Positions 1 to 10,549 of a stretch of 64,000 nucleotides of DNA are shown here, piece after piece (within the stretch, counting starts at the first letter, position 1; the number at the start of each line of letters is the position of its first letter). The DNA comes from Streptosporangiaceae bacterium (GTDB taxonomy: Bacteria; Actinomycetota; Actinomycetes; Streptosporangiales; Streptosporangiaceae). The notes below the pieces were generated by a model. It was not told where the DNA came from. It ran no database searches and was given only the letters and a program-made list of their open reading frames with translations. Both the position numbers and the translations under genes were made by a program. The stretch lies in contig CBDIDG010000006.1 of the NCBI GenBank assembly GCA_965277615.1, positions 1,578,332 through 1,642,331 on the forward strand, given 5' to 3'.

Positions 1-278
1 CGCGACCAGCTGGCGGGGCAGCGAGGTGGCGGCCGTGGTGCGGGTGACCGGCTCGGTGACCGTGGCCTGGGAGTGGGACGACTGGCCCGCCACCCCGGAC
101 GGCACGACGATGACCGAGGCGCTCGCGACACCGGCGTAGCCGGTGCCCGTGGCCGCCACGGCACCCAAGCCGACGGCGGCGGCGGTCACGCAGAGCCTGC
201 GCCAGATCACCCTTCCCACAGTTTGATAACTGTAGCTGGCGGGTCCGGGCAACTGAAGAGCGCGGGGGGAGCCGGGCC

Positions 279-2021
279 TCAGTAGCAGACGTTGATGTGG
301 ATCCGGGCCGCCTCGGGCGGGTGGATCAGGGCCTGCCGGGTCTTGGCGTCCGCGGGCCGGTGCAGGACCACGTAGCCGTCGTCGGCAAAGACCTGCCGGT
401 AGCCGTGGGCCTTCAGGTAAGCCACGTCCTGGGCCTGCTGCTGCGGAGTGCAGAACGGGAAGTCCAGGCCTTTGGTGTCGGCCACCACCCACGGCGCCCA
501 CCGGGGCGTGCCGTCCAGCAGCAGCACGGTGTCCCGGCCGGACAGGTGCGGTCCGACGTTGTTGGCCGCCTCGACCTCGACCCCCGACGGTACCTGGGCG
601 GCGGCCCGGTCGGCCGCAGCCATCCGCGGGTTGACCATGTAGTACTTGGGGTGCAGCAGCTGCCCGAACGGCGAGAACGGCACGTAGGCCAGCGCCGCGA
701 TCAGCACCAGCGAAGCCCAGATCGTGGCGGGCGGCCAGTCCCGGGCCCGGCGGTGCTCGTTCCCTCCCGCCCCGCGGTGCTCGTTCCCTCCCGCCCCGCG
801 GTGCTCGTTCCCTCCCGCCCCGCGGTGCTCGTTCCCTCCCGCCCGTCCCAGCGGCAGGTGCCAGCCTGCCCGCTGCCACCAGCGCTGCAGCCGCGCAGCC
901 CCGTCCACGGCGGCCAGGAACATGATCATCACGATGAAGGCGTTGTACTGGAACTTGGCCTGCCACCACAGCGGGTAGCCGGAGGCCAGCATCCGCTCGG
1001 CCAGCAGCGGCACGGCCGCCAGTACCAGCGGCGAGGCCAGCGGCAGGAACGCCAGCGGGGCCAGCAGCCCGATCATCGTGCGGACCTTGACCCCCGGCGT
1101 GGCCAGGACATGCAGGGCGTGCAGCGGGTGGGTCACGATGTTCCCGGCGGCGGAGCCCAGGGTCGGGCCGAACTGCCCGTAGGCCCAGTAGAAGGTGGCC
1201 GAGCCGCCGAACGCCGGGATGAGCTGGTGGCTGGTCAGCCAGGTCGCGGCCAGGCCGCCGGCCACGAACCCGAGCCCGGTCCAGCGCCGGCGGGTCAGCA
1301 GCAGGTAGACCCCGTAGCCCGCCACCAGCAGGCCCATGTCCTCCTTGACCAGCAGCAGGCCCACCGCGGCGGCGATCGCGGGCCAGCGCCGGCCGGCCTG
1401 GAACCGTTCGGCCATCACCGCGGTGAGGACGGGCACGAACGCGACCTCGTGGAAGTCGAACGTCACCGCGGCCATGATCGGCAGCGACAGCGCGTAGGCC
1501 GCGGCCACGCCGTAGGCCGCGAGCGGGCCGAGCTGGCGGGCGGTGAAGGCCCACAGCGGCGGGATGGCCAGCGCGAACAGCACGCCCTGGGCCACCAGCA
1601 AGGTGGTCGGCCCGTCGTGGATCCAGTAGAACGGGGCCAGCACGGCCAGCAGCGGCGACCAGTGGTCGGACAGCAGCAGGAAATGCGCGGTGCCGCCGTC
1701 GGCCACCCCGCGGGCGATCGATACCGGCGCGCTGAAGTGCGCGTACCCCCGGATGCCCTGGTCGAAGATGACCAGGTCGAACGTGCTGGACAGGAACCGG
1801 CGGAACCGGATCAGCGCGTCCGTCACGTAGACCAGGGCCGCGACCACGGTGAGGATCGTCACGCCGCGCCAGTGGCGGCGCAGGCCAGCGGCGGGCGGTC
1901 CGGTGCCGTCCGACGCCGCGTCCGACGCCGCCGCAGCCGCCTCGGGCACGCCATCCGCCCGGGTGGCTTTAGCCGCCTCGGGCACGCCGTCCGCCCGGGC
2001 ACGGGCGGCCTGACTCCTCAC
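279..2021 (-). CDS. DUF2079-type polytopic membrane protein, paralog A (putative envelope glycosyltransferase-like)
   Basis: ORF 279..2183 with many hydrophobic helices. Motif FDFHEVAFVPVL is shared with the paralog at 30811..32481 (FDFHEIAFALPLL). Family name is from memory. Start uncertain: the full ORF would overlap the divergent TetR gene, so the GTG at 2021 is used. Confidence 0.7.
   Translation of the reverse strand: MRSQAARARADGVPEAAKATRADGVPEAAAAASDAASDGTGPPAAGLRRHWRGVTILTVVAALVYVTDALIRFRRFLSSTFDLVIFDQGIRGYAHFSAPVSIARGVADGGTAHFLLLSDHWSPLLAVLAPFYWIHDGPTTLLVAQGVLFALAIPPLWAFTARQLGPLAAYGVAAAYALSLPIMAAVTFDFHEVAFVPVLTAVMAERFQAGRRWPAIAAAVGLLLVKEDMGLLVAGYGVYLLLTRRRWTGLGFVAGGLAATWLTSHQLIPAFGGSATFYWAYGQFGPTLGSAAGNIVTHPLHALHVLATPGVKVRTMIGLLAPLAFLPLASPLVLAAVPLLAERMLASGYPLWWQAKFQYNAFIVMIMFLAAVDGAARLQRWWQRAGWHLPLGRAGGNEHRGAGGNEHRGAGGNEHRGAGGNEHRRARDWPPATIWASLVLIAALAYVPFSPFGQLLHPKYYMVNPRMAAADRAAAQVPSGVEVEAANNVGPHLSGRDTVLLLDGTPRWAPWVVADTKGLDFPFCTPQQQAQDVAYLKAHGYRQVFADDGYVVLHRPADAKTRQALIHPPEAARIHINVCY
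751..846. repeat. 4 x 24-bp perfect head-to-tail tandem repeat inside CDS
   Basis: cggtgctcgttccctcccgccccg repeated four times (last copy differs in its final 2 nt). It is in frame and encodes GAGGNEHR x4 on the minus strand. Confidence 0.95.
1935..2006. repeat. 2 x 36-bp tandem duplication in the N-terminal region of DUF2079 paralog A
   Basis: agccgcctcgggcacgcc[a/g]tccgcccggg occurs at 1935 and 1971. It encodes RADGVPEAA twice. Confidence 0.85.
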
Positions 2022-2119
2022 CGCTGGAAGGGTAGCAGCGCCGCAGGTGGACCCGGGTTGATCACGGGCACCTGGCCTGAGTGCCACCGGCCCGCGAACC
2101 GGAAGGCTAGTCTCTCTAT

Positions 2120-2812
2120 ATGACCCACGAGGGAAGCCACAGCCCGGGTGTCCCTGAAACAGACGAGAGTCACCCGCCACCATCGCACGGGGGCGGCGTG
2201 CCCGCCCGCGACCGTGAGCTTCGCGCTCAGGGCCGGGCCACGGTCAAACGGCTGCTTGACGCGGGCATGGTCGAGTTCGAGGAGCGCGGTTTCCACGGCG
2301 TCAGGGTCGATGACGTGGTCCGCCGGGCCGGCATCTCGCACGGCACCTTCTACCTCTACTTCTCCAACAAAGAGGACCTGTTCAAGGCCCTGCTCCAGGA
2401 CGCCCTGCGTGACATGGAAGTGGTGGCGGGCGATTTCCCCGTCGTGACCCGGGACCAGGCCGGCATCACCGTGCTGCGGCGCTGGGTCCGTACCTTCTTC
2501 GACGTGTACGCGGCCCACGCCACCGTGATCCGCATCCTGAGCCAGGCCGACCTGGTGCCCGAAGAGGTCTACGGCGACGGCCTGCAGATGCTGTTCAGCA
2601 TCTCCGAGGCCATGACCACCGGCATGACCGTGGCCTCCCGCAGCGCGGGCCAGCAACCCGAGCACGTCGAGCTGACCGCGGTCGCCTGCCTGATGATGCT
2701 GGAGCGCATCAACTACCTGCTGAGCGCCGAAGTGAAGCTCCCCATCGACGAGATGGCCAACCGCATCGCCGACATCATGTTCGCCGCGTTCGGACCCTCC
2801 CCCACGTTCTGA
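2120..2812 (+). CDS. TetR family transcriptional regulator
   Basis: N-terminal HTH GFHGVRVDDVVRRAGISHGTFYLYFSNKEDLFKAL. Divergent from the DUF2079 gene. Confidence 0.85.
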   Translation: MTHEGSHSPGVPETDESHPPPSHGGGVPARDRELRAQGRATVKRLLDAGMVEFEERGFHGVRVDDVVRRAGISHGTFYLYFSNKEDLFKALLQDALRDMEVVAGDFPVVTRDQAGITVLRRWVRTFFDVYAAHATVIRILSQADLVPEEVYGDGLQMLFSISEAMTTGMTVASRSAGQQPEHVELTAVACLMMLERINYLLSAEVKLPIDEMANRIADIMFAAFGPSPTF

Positions 2813-2817
2813 CCGCG

Positions 2818-3258
2818 CTAGGGCGCGCTGTCCCGGGACGGGTCGAACTCCAGCACCTGGGTCAGCCGGATGTTGTTGCCGGACGGGTCGCGGAATGACG
2901 TGTCAATGCCGTACGGCTGGGCGGTGGGCGGATCGTTGAACGTCACGCCGCGCGCGCTCAGCTCGTCGTAGGCGGCCTGGCAGTCGTCGGTCTCCAGGAA
3001 CAGCGTGCCGCCGGCCCCCTTGGCCACCAGGCCGGCCAGGGCCTCGCTGTCCGGCCCGTCCAGCATCGGCGGGCCCGCCACCGGCATGAGCACCACCCCC
3101 ACGTCGTCCTGGCCGACCGGGCCGACCGACAGCCAGCGGAAGTTCCACGCGGCCACGGTCACGTCGGAGCGCACCTCCCAGCCCAGCGTCTTGGTGTAGA
3201 AGTCCAGGGCGGCATCCTGGTCGTGCACCCAGAACTGGGCGTTGGCGATTCTGATCAT
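2818..3258 (-). CDS. VOC/glyoxalase-family protein
   Basis: 146-aa C-terminal part of ORF 2818..3846, starting MIRIANAQFWVHDQDAALDFYTKTLGWEV. This is the typical glyoxalase/bleomycin-resistance fold signature. ATG at 3258. Confidence 0.8.
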   Translation of the reverse strand: MIRIANAQFWVHDQDAALDFYTKTLGWEVRSDVTVAAWNFRWLSVGPVGQDDVGVVLMPVAGPPMLDGPDSEALAGLVAKGAGGTLFLETDDCQAAYDELSARGVTFNDPPTAQPYGIDTSFRDPSGNNIRLTQVLEFDPSRDSAP

Positions 3259-3335
3259 CGATTCTCCCCTGTGGTGAAGCGCTGCCGGCGGGCGCGGTTG
3301 TAAATCGCGGTTGTGCAGCGCTGGCAGGAAGAACC

Positions 3336-3803
3336 CTACGGACGGGTGGCCACCCCGTCTTCTCGAAACGTGCGGTTCTGCGGCCGGGCGAACGCCATGG
3401 CCACGCAGCGGGGAACCCGCACCGCCCGCGCGGCCGGGGGCCAAGACCGGCGGTAAGCCATCGGCGAGCAGCCGTAGACCCGGGTGAAGCTGGTCGTGAA
3501 CGAACCGAGGCTGCCGGCGCCCACCGCGAAGCAGACCTCGGCCACCGGCCAGTCGGTCACCCGGAGCAGGGCCGCCGCGCGCTCCAGCCGCCGGGTCAGC
3601 AGGTACCGGTGCGGGGGCTCGCCGAACACGCGGCGGAACTCCCGGCTGAAGTGGGCCGGGGACAGCCCGGCCACCCGGGCCAGGTCGGCCACGGTCAAGG
3701 GCTCCGCGTACCGCGCATCGGCCAGGTCGCGGGCCCGCAGCAGCTGGCGGGCCCGCAGCTGGCGGGCCCGCAGCAGCTGGCGGGCGAGCCCCGGCACAGT
3801 CAT
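3336..3803 (-). CDS. AraC-family HTH transcriptional regulator (short form)
   Basis: LTVADLARVAGLSPAHFSREFRRVFGEPPHRYLLTRRLERAAALL...GSFTTSFTRVYGCSP. Start MTVPG at 3803 (alternative 3827). Confidence 0.8.
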   Translation of the reverse strand: MTVPGLARQLLRARQLRARQLLRARDLADARYAEPLTVADLARVAGLSPAHFSREFRRVFGEPPHRYLLTRRLERAAALLRVTDWPVAEVCFAVGAGSLGSFTTSFTRVYGCSPMAYRRSWPPAARAVRVPRCVAMAFARPQNRTFREDGVATRP

Positions 3804-3851
3804 CCATCCAGCGTACGGCGGTAGCATCCGGCCGCAGCGGGCACACTCTAG

Positions 3852-5291
<1,440 letters not shown>

Positions 5292-5341
5292 CCGGGCGGG
5301 CCGCCTGCGGCCCTGGGGCCGCGGCTCCCCGGCTCGGTGGC

Positions 5342-6259
5342 TCAGCCGGCGCCTGGGGGCAGCCCGGTCGCCCCGGCCGCCTCCACGGCGGTGTGGGCCT
5401 TGCTCTCGGCCTCCAGGGCGGGCGGTGGCTCGGTGCCCGCGGCGCTGGCCGCCTCGGCTTCGGCTTCGGCCGCGCGGGCCAGGACCTGGGCCGTCTCGGC
5501 CCCGGCCGCGGCGGCGGCCCAGCGGCCGATCCGGTCGGTCAGCGCCGGCCGGCAGGCGGTCTCGGCGTGGCCGTAGCCCGGTAGCAGCCACAGCTCCTTG
5601 GGCTCGTTCGCGGCCCGGAAGATCTGCTGCGCGTGCTCGACCGGGAAGTAGGGGTCCTGGTCCCCGTGCACCACCAGCAGCGGGATGCCCTGGATCTTCG
5701 CCGCGGCCTGGTCCGGCGGCACCGGCACCGGGTCCCACGCCTCGGGCGTGATCCGGGTGTCGTAGGCCTTCCTGGTGATCAGGCGGCCGATGCGGTGCTC
5801 GACCGCGAAGTGCACGCGCCGCATGCGCTCGGTCCCCCGGTAGTACCACCAGCCCGGGCTGCTGACCGACACCACGGCGTCCAGGCCGCCACCGACCAGC
5901 CCGGCGTAGCGCAAGACGATCGACGCCCCCATGGAGAACCCGACCGCGGCCACCCGCTGGTACCCGAGCTCGCGGGCGTAGGCGACGACCACGTCGAGGT
6001 CGTTGATCTCCTTGTCGCCCATCGTGCACAGGCCACCGGACGAGCCGTGCCCGCGCAGGTCGAAGGCCAGCACGCCAGCCGTCCGGTTCAGCCGGGTGGC
6101 GATCCGCCAGACCGCGGGCCGCTGCCAGGACAGCGTGAACCCGTGAACGAGCACGATGGCAAGGTCGCTGTCCTGGGTCAGGTGGACGGTGTTGATCGGG
6201 ACGCCATCGTCGGTTACCAGGGTCGTTGCCTTCGTCACCGGTTCAGCCACGTATCCCAT
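5342..6259 (-). CDS. alpha/beta-fold hydrolase
   Basis: IVLVHGFTLS...FDLRGHGSSGG...GFSMGASIVLRYA (nucleophile elbow GxSxG). Ala-rich C-terminal tail. Start ambiguous (6259, 6283 or 6313). Confidence 0.75.
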   Translation of the reverse strand: MGYVAEPVTKATTLVTDDGVPINTVHLTQDSDLAIVLVHGFTLSWQRPAVWRIATRLNRTAGVLAFDLRGHGSSGGLCTMGDKEINDLDVVVAYARELGYQRVAAVGFSMGASIVLRYAGLVGGGLDAVVSVSSPGWWYYRGTERMRRVHFAVEHRIGRLITRKAYDTRITPEAWDPVPVPPDQAAAKIQGIPLLVVHGDQDPYFPVEHAQQIFRAANEPKELWLLPGYGHAETACRPALTDRIGRWAAAAAGAETAQVLARAAEAEAEAASAAGTEPPPALEAESKAHTAVEAAGATGLPPGAG

Positions 6260-6358
6260 TGTGGGGGCCCAGCACCGGTCCATGGTCACCGGGACGACGT
6301 CCGCCCCTGGCACCGGGGGTGGTGCCAGGGGCGGACGCTACGTGCGGGGTGGTGCCGG

Positions 6359-7780
6359 TTAGGTGTCGTCCGACCTGGTGATCGGAGTCCGCTCCGGCGA
6401 GGGTGGGGTGGAGGTTTCGAGTGGTGGTTCGGACGCCATGCCGGAGCCGGCGGCCACGCGGACGAGATCCTCGGAGGGGTAGACCTCTTCGCCGTGCACG
6501 GCGACGTCGCCGATCTCCAGGTCGGCGTCGGGGATGCGCAGCTTCATGAACAGGCCGAGGACCCGCAGGATGATGAACGTGACCAGCCCGTCCCAGACGA
6601 TGATGGTCAGCGCCGCGCCCGCCTGGATGGCCAGCTGCTTCGGGTGACCGTAGAACAGGCCCGCCCCGCTGAAGCCCGCGTTCTTGCCCAGGCCCAGGTA
6701 CTCGATCATGTTCGGGTCAGCCAGGCAGCCGGTCAGCAGACCGCCGAACAGGCCGGCGATGCCGTGGGTGTAGACCACGCCGAGGGCATCGTCCACCTTG
6801 TTGAACGGCCACACGTAACGCGGCAGGTAGGTCCAGGCCACCCAGACGATCGCCGAGCAGACAAAGCCGATGACGATGGCGCCGAGGCCGTTGACGAAAC
6901 CGGCCGCAGGGGTGATACCGACCAGCCCACAGATCATGCCGTTGAGAGCGCCGAGGAAGGTTGGCTTCTTCTCGGAGCTCAGGAACATGTCCATAAAGAT
7001 CCAGGTCAGCATGGCCACGGCCGTGGCCACGTTGGTGTTGACGACGGCGGCGGCCGCGTCGGCCCCGGCGAAGTAGGGGTCACCACCGTTGAAGCCGTTC
7101 CAGCCCAGCCACAGGATGCCCGCGCCGAGCGCGACGAACATCAGGTTGTTGGGTATGGCCCGTTCCCGGTCCCGCGCCAGGCGAGGACCGATGACCGCGG
7201 CCGCGACAAAGCCCGAGGTACCGGCGGCCAGGTGAATGACGTAACCACCGGAGAAGTCCAGCGCGCCCTTGCCGGCCCAGTAACCGCCACCCCAGAGCAT
7301 GAACGCGTTCACGCAGTAGGCGAACGTGATCCACAGCGGTACGAAGATGCACCACAGCCGGAAGTTGATCCGGCCGAGCACAGCGCCGATGAACAGGATG
7401 GGAGTGATCGCCGCGAACACGAACTGGAAATAGACCAGCGAGGCCTGCGGGAACCGGAACTTGGGCATCAGCCCGTCGAGCAAGGGGACGTTGGCTTGGC
7501 CTTGTAGTGCGTTATGGCCAAGCACGGTCCCAGGTATGCCGACAAATGTGCCGATCCACTTGTGACCGAAGGCCATGTCGAAGCCCCAGAGGACCCAGAC
7601 CACCAAGACCAGGCCGAAGGTGGTGAACACCATCATCACGGTGTTCATGGCCCACTTTTTTTGCACCAGACCGCCGTAGAGGACGGCCAGTGCGGGAATG
7701 CTCATCAAACCGACGAACGTGGCGGCTGTCATCTGCCAGGAGTTGTCCCCGGCATTCAGCCATGATGCGTATGGAATCAC
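6359..7780 (-). CDS. amt: ammonium transporter (Amt family) with C-terminal extension
   Basis: NAGDNSWQMTAATFVGLMSIPALAVLYGG and 11 TM-like segments. GGAGG lies 10 nt upstream of the GTG start. Confidence 0.9.
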   Translation of the reverse strand: MIPYASWLNAGDNSWQMTAATFVGLMSIPALAVLYGGLVQKKWAMNTVMMVFTTFGLVLVVWVLWGFDMAFGHKWIGTFVGIPGTVLGHNALQGQANVPLLDGLMPKFRFPQASLVYFQFVFAAITPILFIGAVLGRINFRLWCIFVPLWITFAYCVNAFMLWGGGYWAGKGALDFSGGYVIHLAAGTSGFVAAAVIGPRLARDRERAIPNNLMFVALGAGILWLGWNGFNGGDPYFAGADAAAAVVNTNVATAVAMLTWIFMDMFLSSEKKPTFLGALNGMICGLVGITPAAGFVNGLGAIVIGFVCSAIVWVAWTYLPRYVWPFNKVDDALGVVYTHGIAGLFGGLLTGCLADPNMIEYLGLGKNAGFSGAGLFYGHPKQLAIQAGAALTIIVWDGLVTFIILRVLGLFMKLRIPDADLEIGDVAVHGEEVYPSEDLVRVAAGSGMASEPPLETSTPPSPERTPITRSDDT

Positions 7781-7914
7781 TGCCCTGCGCCTCCAGGGGG
7801 GCTACCTTGGAAAGGCCATGCGGGTATCCAGGGGTCTCCCCCAAAGGGCCATACGGACCCACCCCGGCCGCTCCGGTGTCTTTCACGGAACGACTACATA
7901 TTTCCCATGGGCCG

Positions 7915-7953
7915 GTTTCCGGCTCATTTCCCGTTTGTTACGCGGCCGGTAAC
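7915..7953 (-). promoter_or_regulatory. candidate GlnR-type box upstream of amt
   Basis: Read on the amt strand: GTTAC-n7-GTAAC-n6-GAAAT-n6-GAAAC, 135-170 nt upstream of the amt start. It resembles the actinobacterial GlnR gTnAc-n6-GaAAc repeats (from memory). Confidence 0.4.
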
Positions 7954-8307
7954 GCATCAGGTCAGCAGCACGCTCATGTTTCGTCCGTGTGACGCAACGC
8001 CGGGCCAGAGCTGTCGAAATGCCCCATAGAGCCCATCCAGCCCCACAGTGTGTCAGTCCTTTCAGCTTCCTGCGGCCGTCCGGGCCCGGCATCTGGTGGC
8101 TCTCAGGTAGGGCATCGCCCCACGTCAGAAGGGTATTGACCGGCCGGCGAGCGGTGATTTCGCCCCGGCGGCCCGATCGCGGGCGACCCGAGCCAGGGCA
8201 CCGAGCCGGTTCGGCCCCGGCCGGAACCGTATGTCACTTTCCCGTAACGGTCACAGCACTAACCCTTGAGTGAGGTATAGGCACAGACGTAACCTTCAGG
8301 ACACGTC

Positions 8308-8321
8308 GGTAAGCGCTTACC
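8308..8321. promoter_or_regulatory. candidate LacI-family operator
   Basis: Perfect 14-bp palindrome GGTAAGCGCTTACC, 107 nt upstream of the LacI-family gene. It fits the nGTAAnCGnTTACn family pattern. Confidence 0.6.
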
Positions 8322-8427
8322 GCTTACCGGCGCGGGACCCGGCACAGGCGCCGGGTTCGGGGCCCGGCGCAGGCGCTGGCCCAGGCTCGGCACAGTCGCC
8401 GGGCCGCTGTCAGGAAGGGGTCGGCCC

Positions 8428-9573
8428 GTGGACGCGGAGACGACGGTGAACGCGGACAGCGCCGCGCCCCCCGCCCCTTCCGCGCCCGCCACCCAAGGCT
8501 CGGTGGGGGTCAGCCAGGCCCCGACCATCTACGACGTGGCGCGGTCGGCCGGGGTCTCGATCGCGTCGGTCTCGCGGGTGCTGAACGGCCGCCGCAACCC
8601 GCGCCCGGAGACCCGGGACAAGGTGCTGCAGGCCGTGGCCGAGCTGGGCTTCGTGCCGGACGACGCGGCCCGGGCCCTGAGCGCCCGGCTGAAGGAAGTG
8701 GCCGGCGTGATCATCCGGCTGCCGTGGACCTCGCGGGACCCGGAAGACCTGTTTGCCGACGAAGAGGACAGCCTGCAGTTCCCCGACATGATCAACCGGG
8801 GCATCGCCGAGGCGGCGCAGCGGCGCCGGTTCGACATCCTGGTGCGGTCGGTCGAGCTGGACGAGCACGACCCGGGGGGCCGGATCCTCACGCTGGCCCG
8901 CAAGAGTGACGGCATCATCCTGCACGACCGGGTGCTGAACGCGGACCAGCTGGAATGGCTGGGCCGGCAGGTCCCGGTGGTCACGCTGGCCGCGGAGGCC
9001 ACTTCACTGACGGCCAACGTGCGCAGCGACAACGCGGCCGGGATGCGGGACCTGGCCGGTCACCTCCTGTACGACCACGGCTACCGGACGATCAGCTACA
9101 TCGGCGGTCACATCGACAGCCCGGACAGCATCGCCCGGTTCGACTCCCTGGCCGCAGAGGTCGCGAACGCGGGGGCGACCCTGCTGGACGGCCCGGCGTG
9201 GCAGGGGAACTACACCGCGGGGGGCGGCGCGCAGGTGATCAACAGCCTGCTCGACCGGGGAACGCGCATGCCGGACGCGATCGTGTGCGCGAACGACCAG
9301 ACCGCCATCGGCGTGCTCTACGCCCTGGACCGGCACGGTGTGCGCGTCCCCGAGGACGTGGCGGTCACCGGGTTCGACGACATTCCGGTGGCCCGGCATC
9401 TGCAGACCCAGCTGACCACGGTCCGCCAGCGCATCAGGGAACTTGGTGCCACAGCCTTCGAGGTGCTCTATTCGATGATCAACCACGAGACCCCCGCGAT
9501 GAGAGATGTGGTGCTCCCGACCACGCTGATCCGCCGCCGGAGCTGCGGCTGTGAGGGTGGTGATCCAGCATGA
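8428..9573 (+). CDS. LacI family transcriptional regulator
   Basis: TIYDVARSAGVSIASVSRVLNGRRNPRPETRDKVLQAVAELGFVPDDAARALS followed by a periplasmic-binding-like core. Overlaps the next gene by 4 nt. Confidence 0.9.
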   Translation: MDAETTVNADSAAPPAPSAPATQGSVGVSQAPTIYDVARSAGVSIASVSRVLNGRRNPRPETRDKVLQAVAELGFVPDDAARALSARLKEVAGVIIRLPWTSRDPEDLFADEEDSLQFPDMINRGIAEAAQRRRFDILVRSVELDEHDPGGRILTLARKSDGIILHDRVLNADQLEWLGRQVPVVTLAAEATSLTANVRSDNAAGMRDLAGHLLYDHGYRTISYIGGHIDSPDSIARFDSLAAEVANAGATLLDGPAWQGNYTAGGGAQVINSLLDRGTRMPDAIVCANDQTAIGVLYALDRHGVRVPEDVAVTGFDDIPVARHLQTQLTTVRQRIRELGATAFEVLYSMINHETPAMRDVVLPTTLIRRRSCGCEGGDPA

Positions 9574-10544
9574 TCCCCCTGTCACGGAAGATCGCCGTGT
9601 ACGTCATCACGGCCTGGGTGGCCATCACGATCAACTTCCTGCTCCCCCGGCTGATGCCGGGCAACCCGATCCAGACCATGATCGGCAAGCTCCAGGGCCG
9701 GGTCACCCCGCAGATGCAGAAGGCCATCCAGCTCCAGTTCGGGATGGGCCTGCACCAGGGGTTGTGGTCGCAGTACTGGAGCTACTGGGGCCAGCTGTTC
9801 CACGGCAACCTGGGCCAGTCGATCACGCTGTCCGCTCCGGTCAGCACGGTGCTCGGCCAGACGCTGCCGTGGACCATCGGGCTGCTGGGCGTGTGCACGG
9901 TGATCAGCTTCGTGGTCGGCACCCTGCTCGGCATCGCGCTGGGCTGGCGGCGAGGTTCCTGGCTGGACGGGCTGCTGCCGACGTCCACCTTCTTCCAGGC
10001 GGTGCCGTACTTCTTCCTCGGCACCGTGCTGCTGCTGGTGTTCGGCAGCAACCTGCACTGGTTCCCGGTGCTCGGCAACTATCAACGCGGGCTGACCCCC
10101 GGGTTCAACTGGCCCTTCATCTCCAGCGTGATCCGGTACGCCGAGCTGCCCGCCATCACGATCATCCTCAGCTCGATCGCGGGCTGGATGCTCGGCATGC
10201 GGAACATGATGGTCACCACCATGGACGAGGACTTCGTCCTGGTGGCCCGGGCCAAAGGACTGCCCACCCGCAAGGTGGTGACCTACGCGGCCCGGAACGC
10301 CATCCTGCCCAGCATCGCGAACTTCTCCCTGGCCATCGGGCTGATCGTGTCGGGCGCGCTGCTGGTCGAGCTGGTGTTCAACTACCCCGGCGTCGGCAAC
10401 CTGCTGCTGCAGGCCGTGCTCAACCAGGACTATCCGCTGCTGCAGGGGATCTTCCTGGTCATCACGCTCACCGTGCTGGCGGCCAACCTGATCGCCGACT
10501 TCGTCTACGTCGCCCTGGACCCCCGCGTCCGGCAGGAGGCCTGA
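9570..10544 (+). CDS. ABC transporter permease (Opp/Dpp B-type)
   Basis: KIAVYVITAWVAITINFLLPRLMPGNP and an EAA-loop region VLVARAKGLPTRKVVTYAARNA. Confidence 0.9.
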   Translation: MIPLSRKIAVYVITAWVAITINFLLPRLMPGNPIQTMIGKLQGRVTPQMQKAIQLQFGMGLHQGLWSQYWSYWGQLFHGNLGQSITLSAPVSTVLGQTLPWTIGLLGVCTVISFVVGTLLGIALGWRRGSWLDGLLPTSTFFQAVPYFFLGTVLLLVFGSNLHWFPVLGNYQRGLTPGFNWPFISSVIRYAELPAITIILSSIAGWMLGMRNMMVTTMDEDFVLVARAKGLPTRKVVTYAARNAILPSIANFSLAIGLIVSGALLVELVFNYPGVGNLLLQAVLNQDYPLLQGIFLVITLTVLAANLIADFVYVALDPRVRQEA

Positions 10545-10549
10545 GGCTC

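Noticed and set aside
297-2123. Long antisense or alternative-frame ORFs throughout the window (e.g. 297..2123, 5633..7507, 13896..16484, 16680..18272, 23503..25092, 27594..28871, 57769..58677)
   Set aside because: Their composition is dominated by R, G, P, A and D/H runs with no recognisable motifs. Each lies opposite or out of frame to a well-supported gene, which is the expected artefact at this GC content.
3721-3780. 18/15/18-bp repeat (QLLRAR QLRAR QLLRAR) at the N-terminus of the AraC-type gene
   Set aside because: In-frame low-complexity duplication in a non-domain region. Noted but not interpretable.
5298-5313. GGGCCGCCTGCGGCCC palindrome between convergent guaB1 and hydrolase genes as a bidirectional terminator
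   Set aside because: The stem is short with almost no loop and there is no U-tract. Rho-independent terminators are hard to call in GC-rich actinobacteria by eye.
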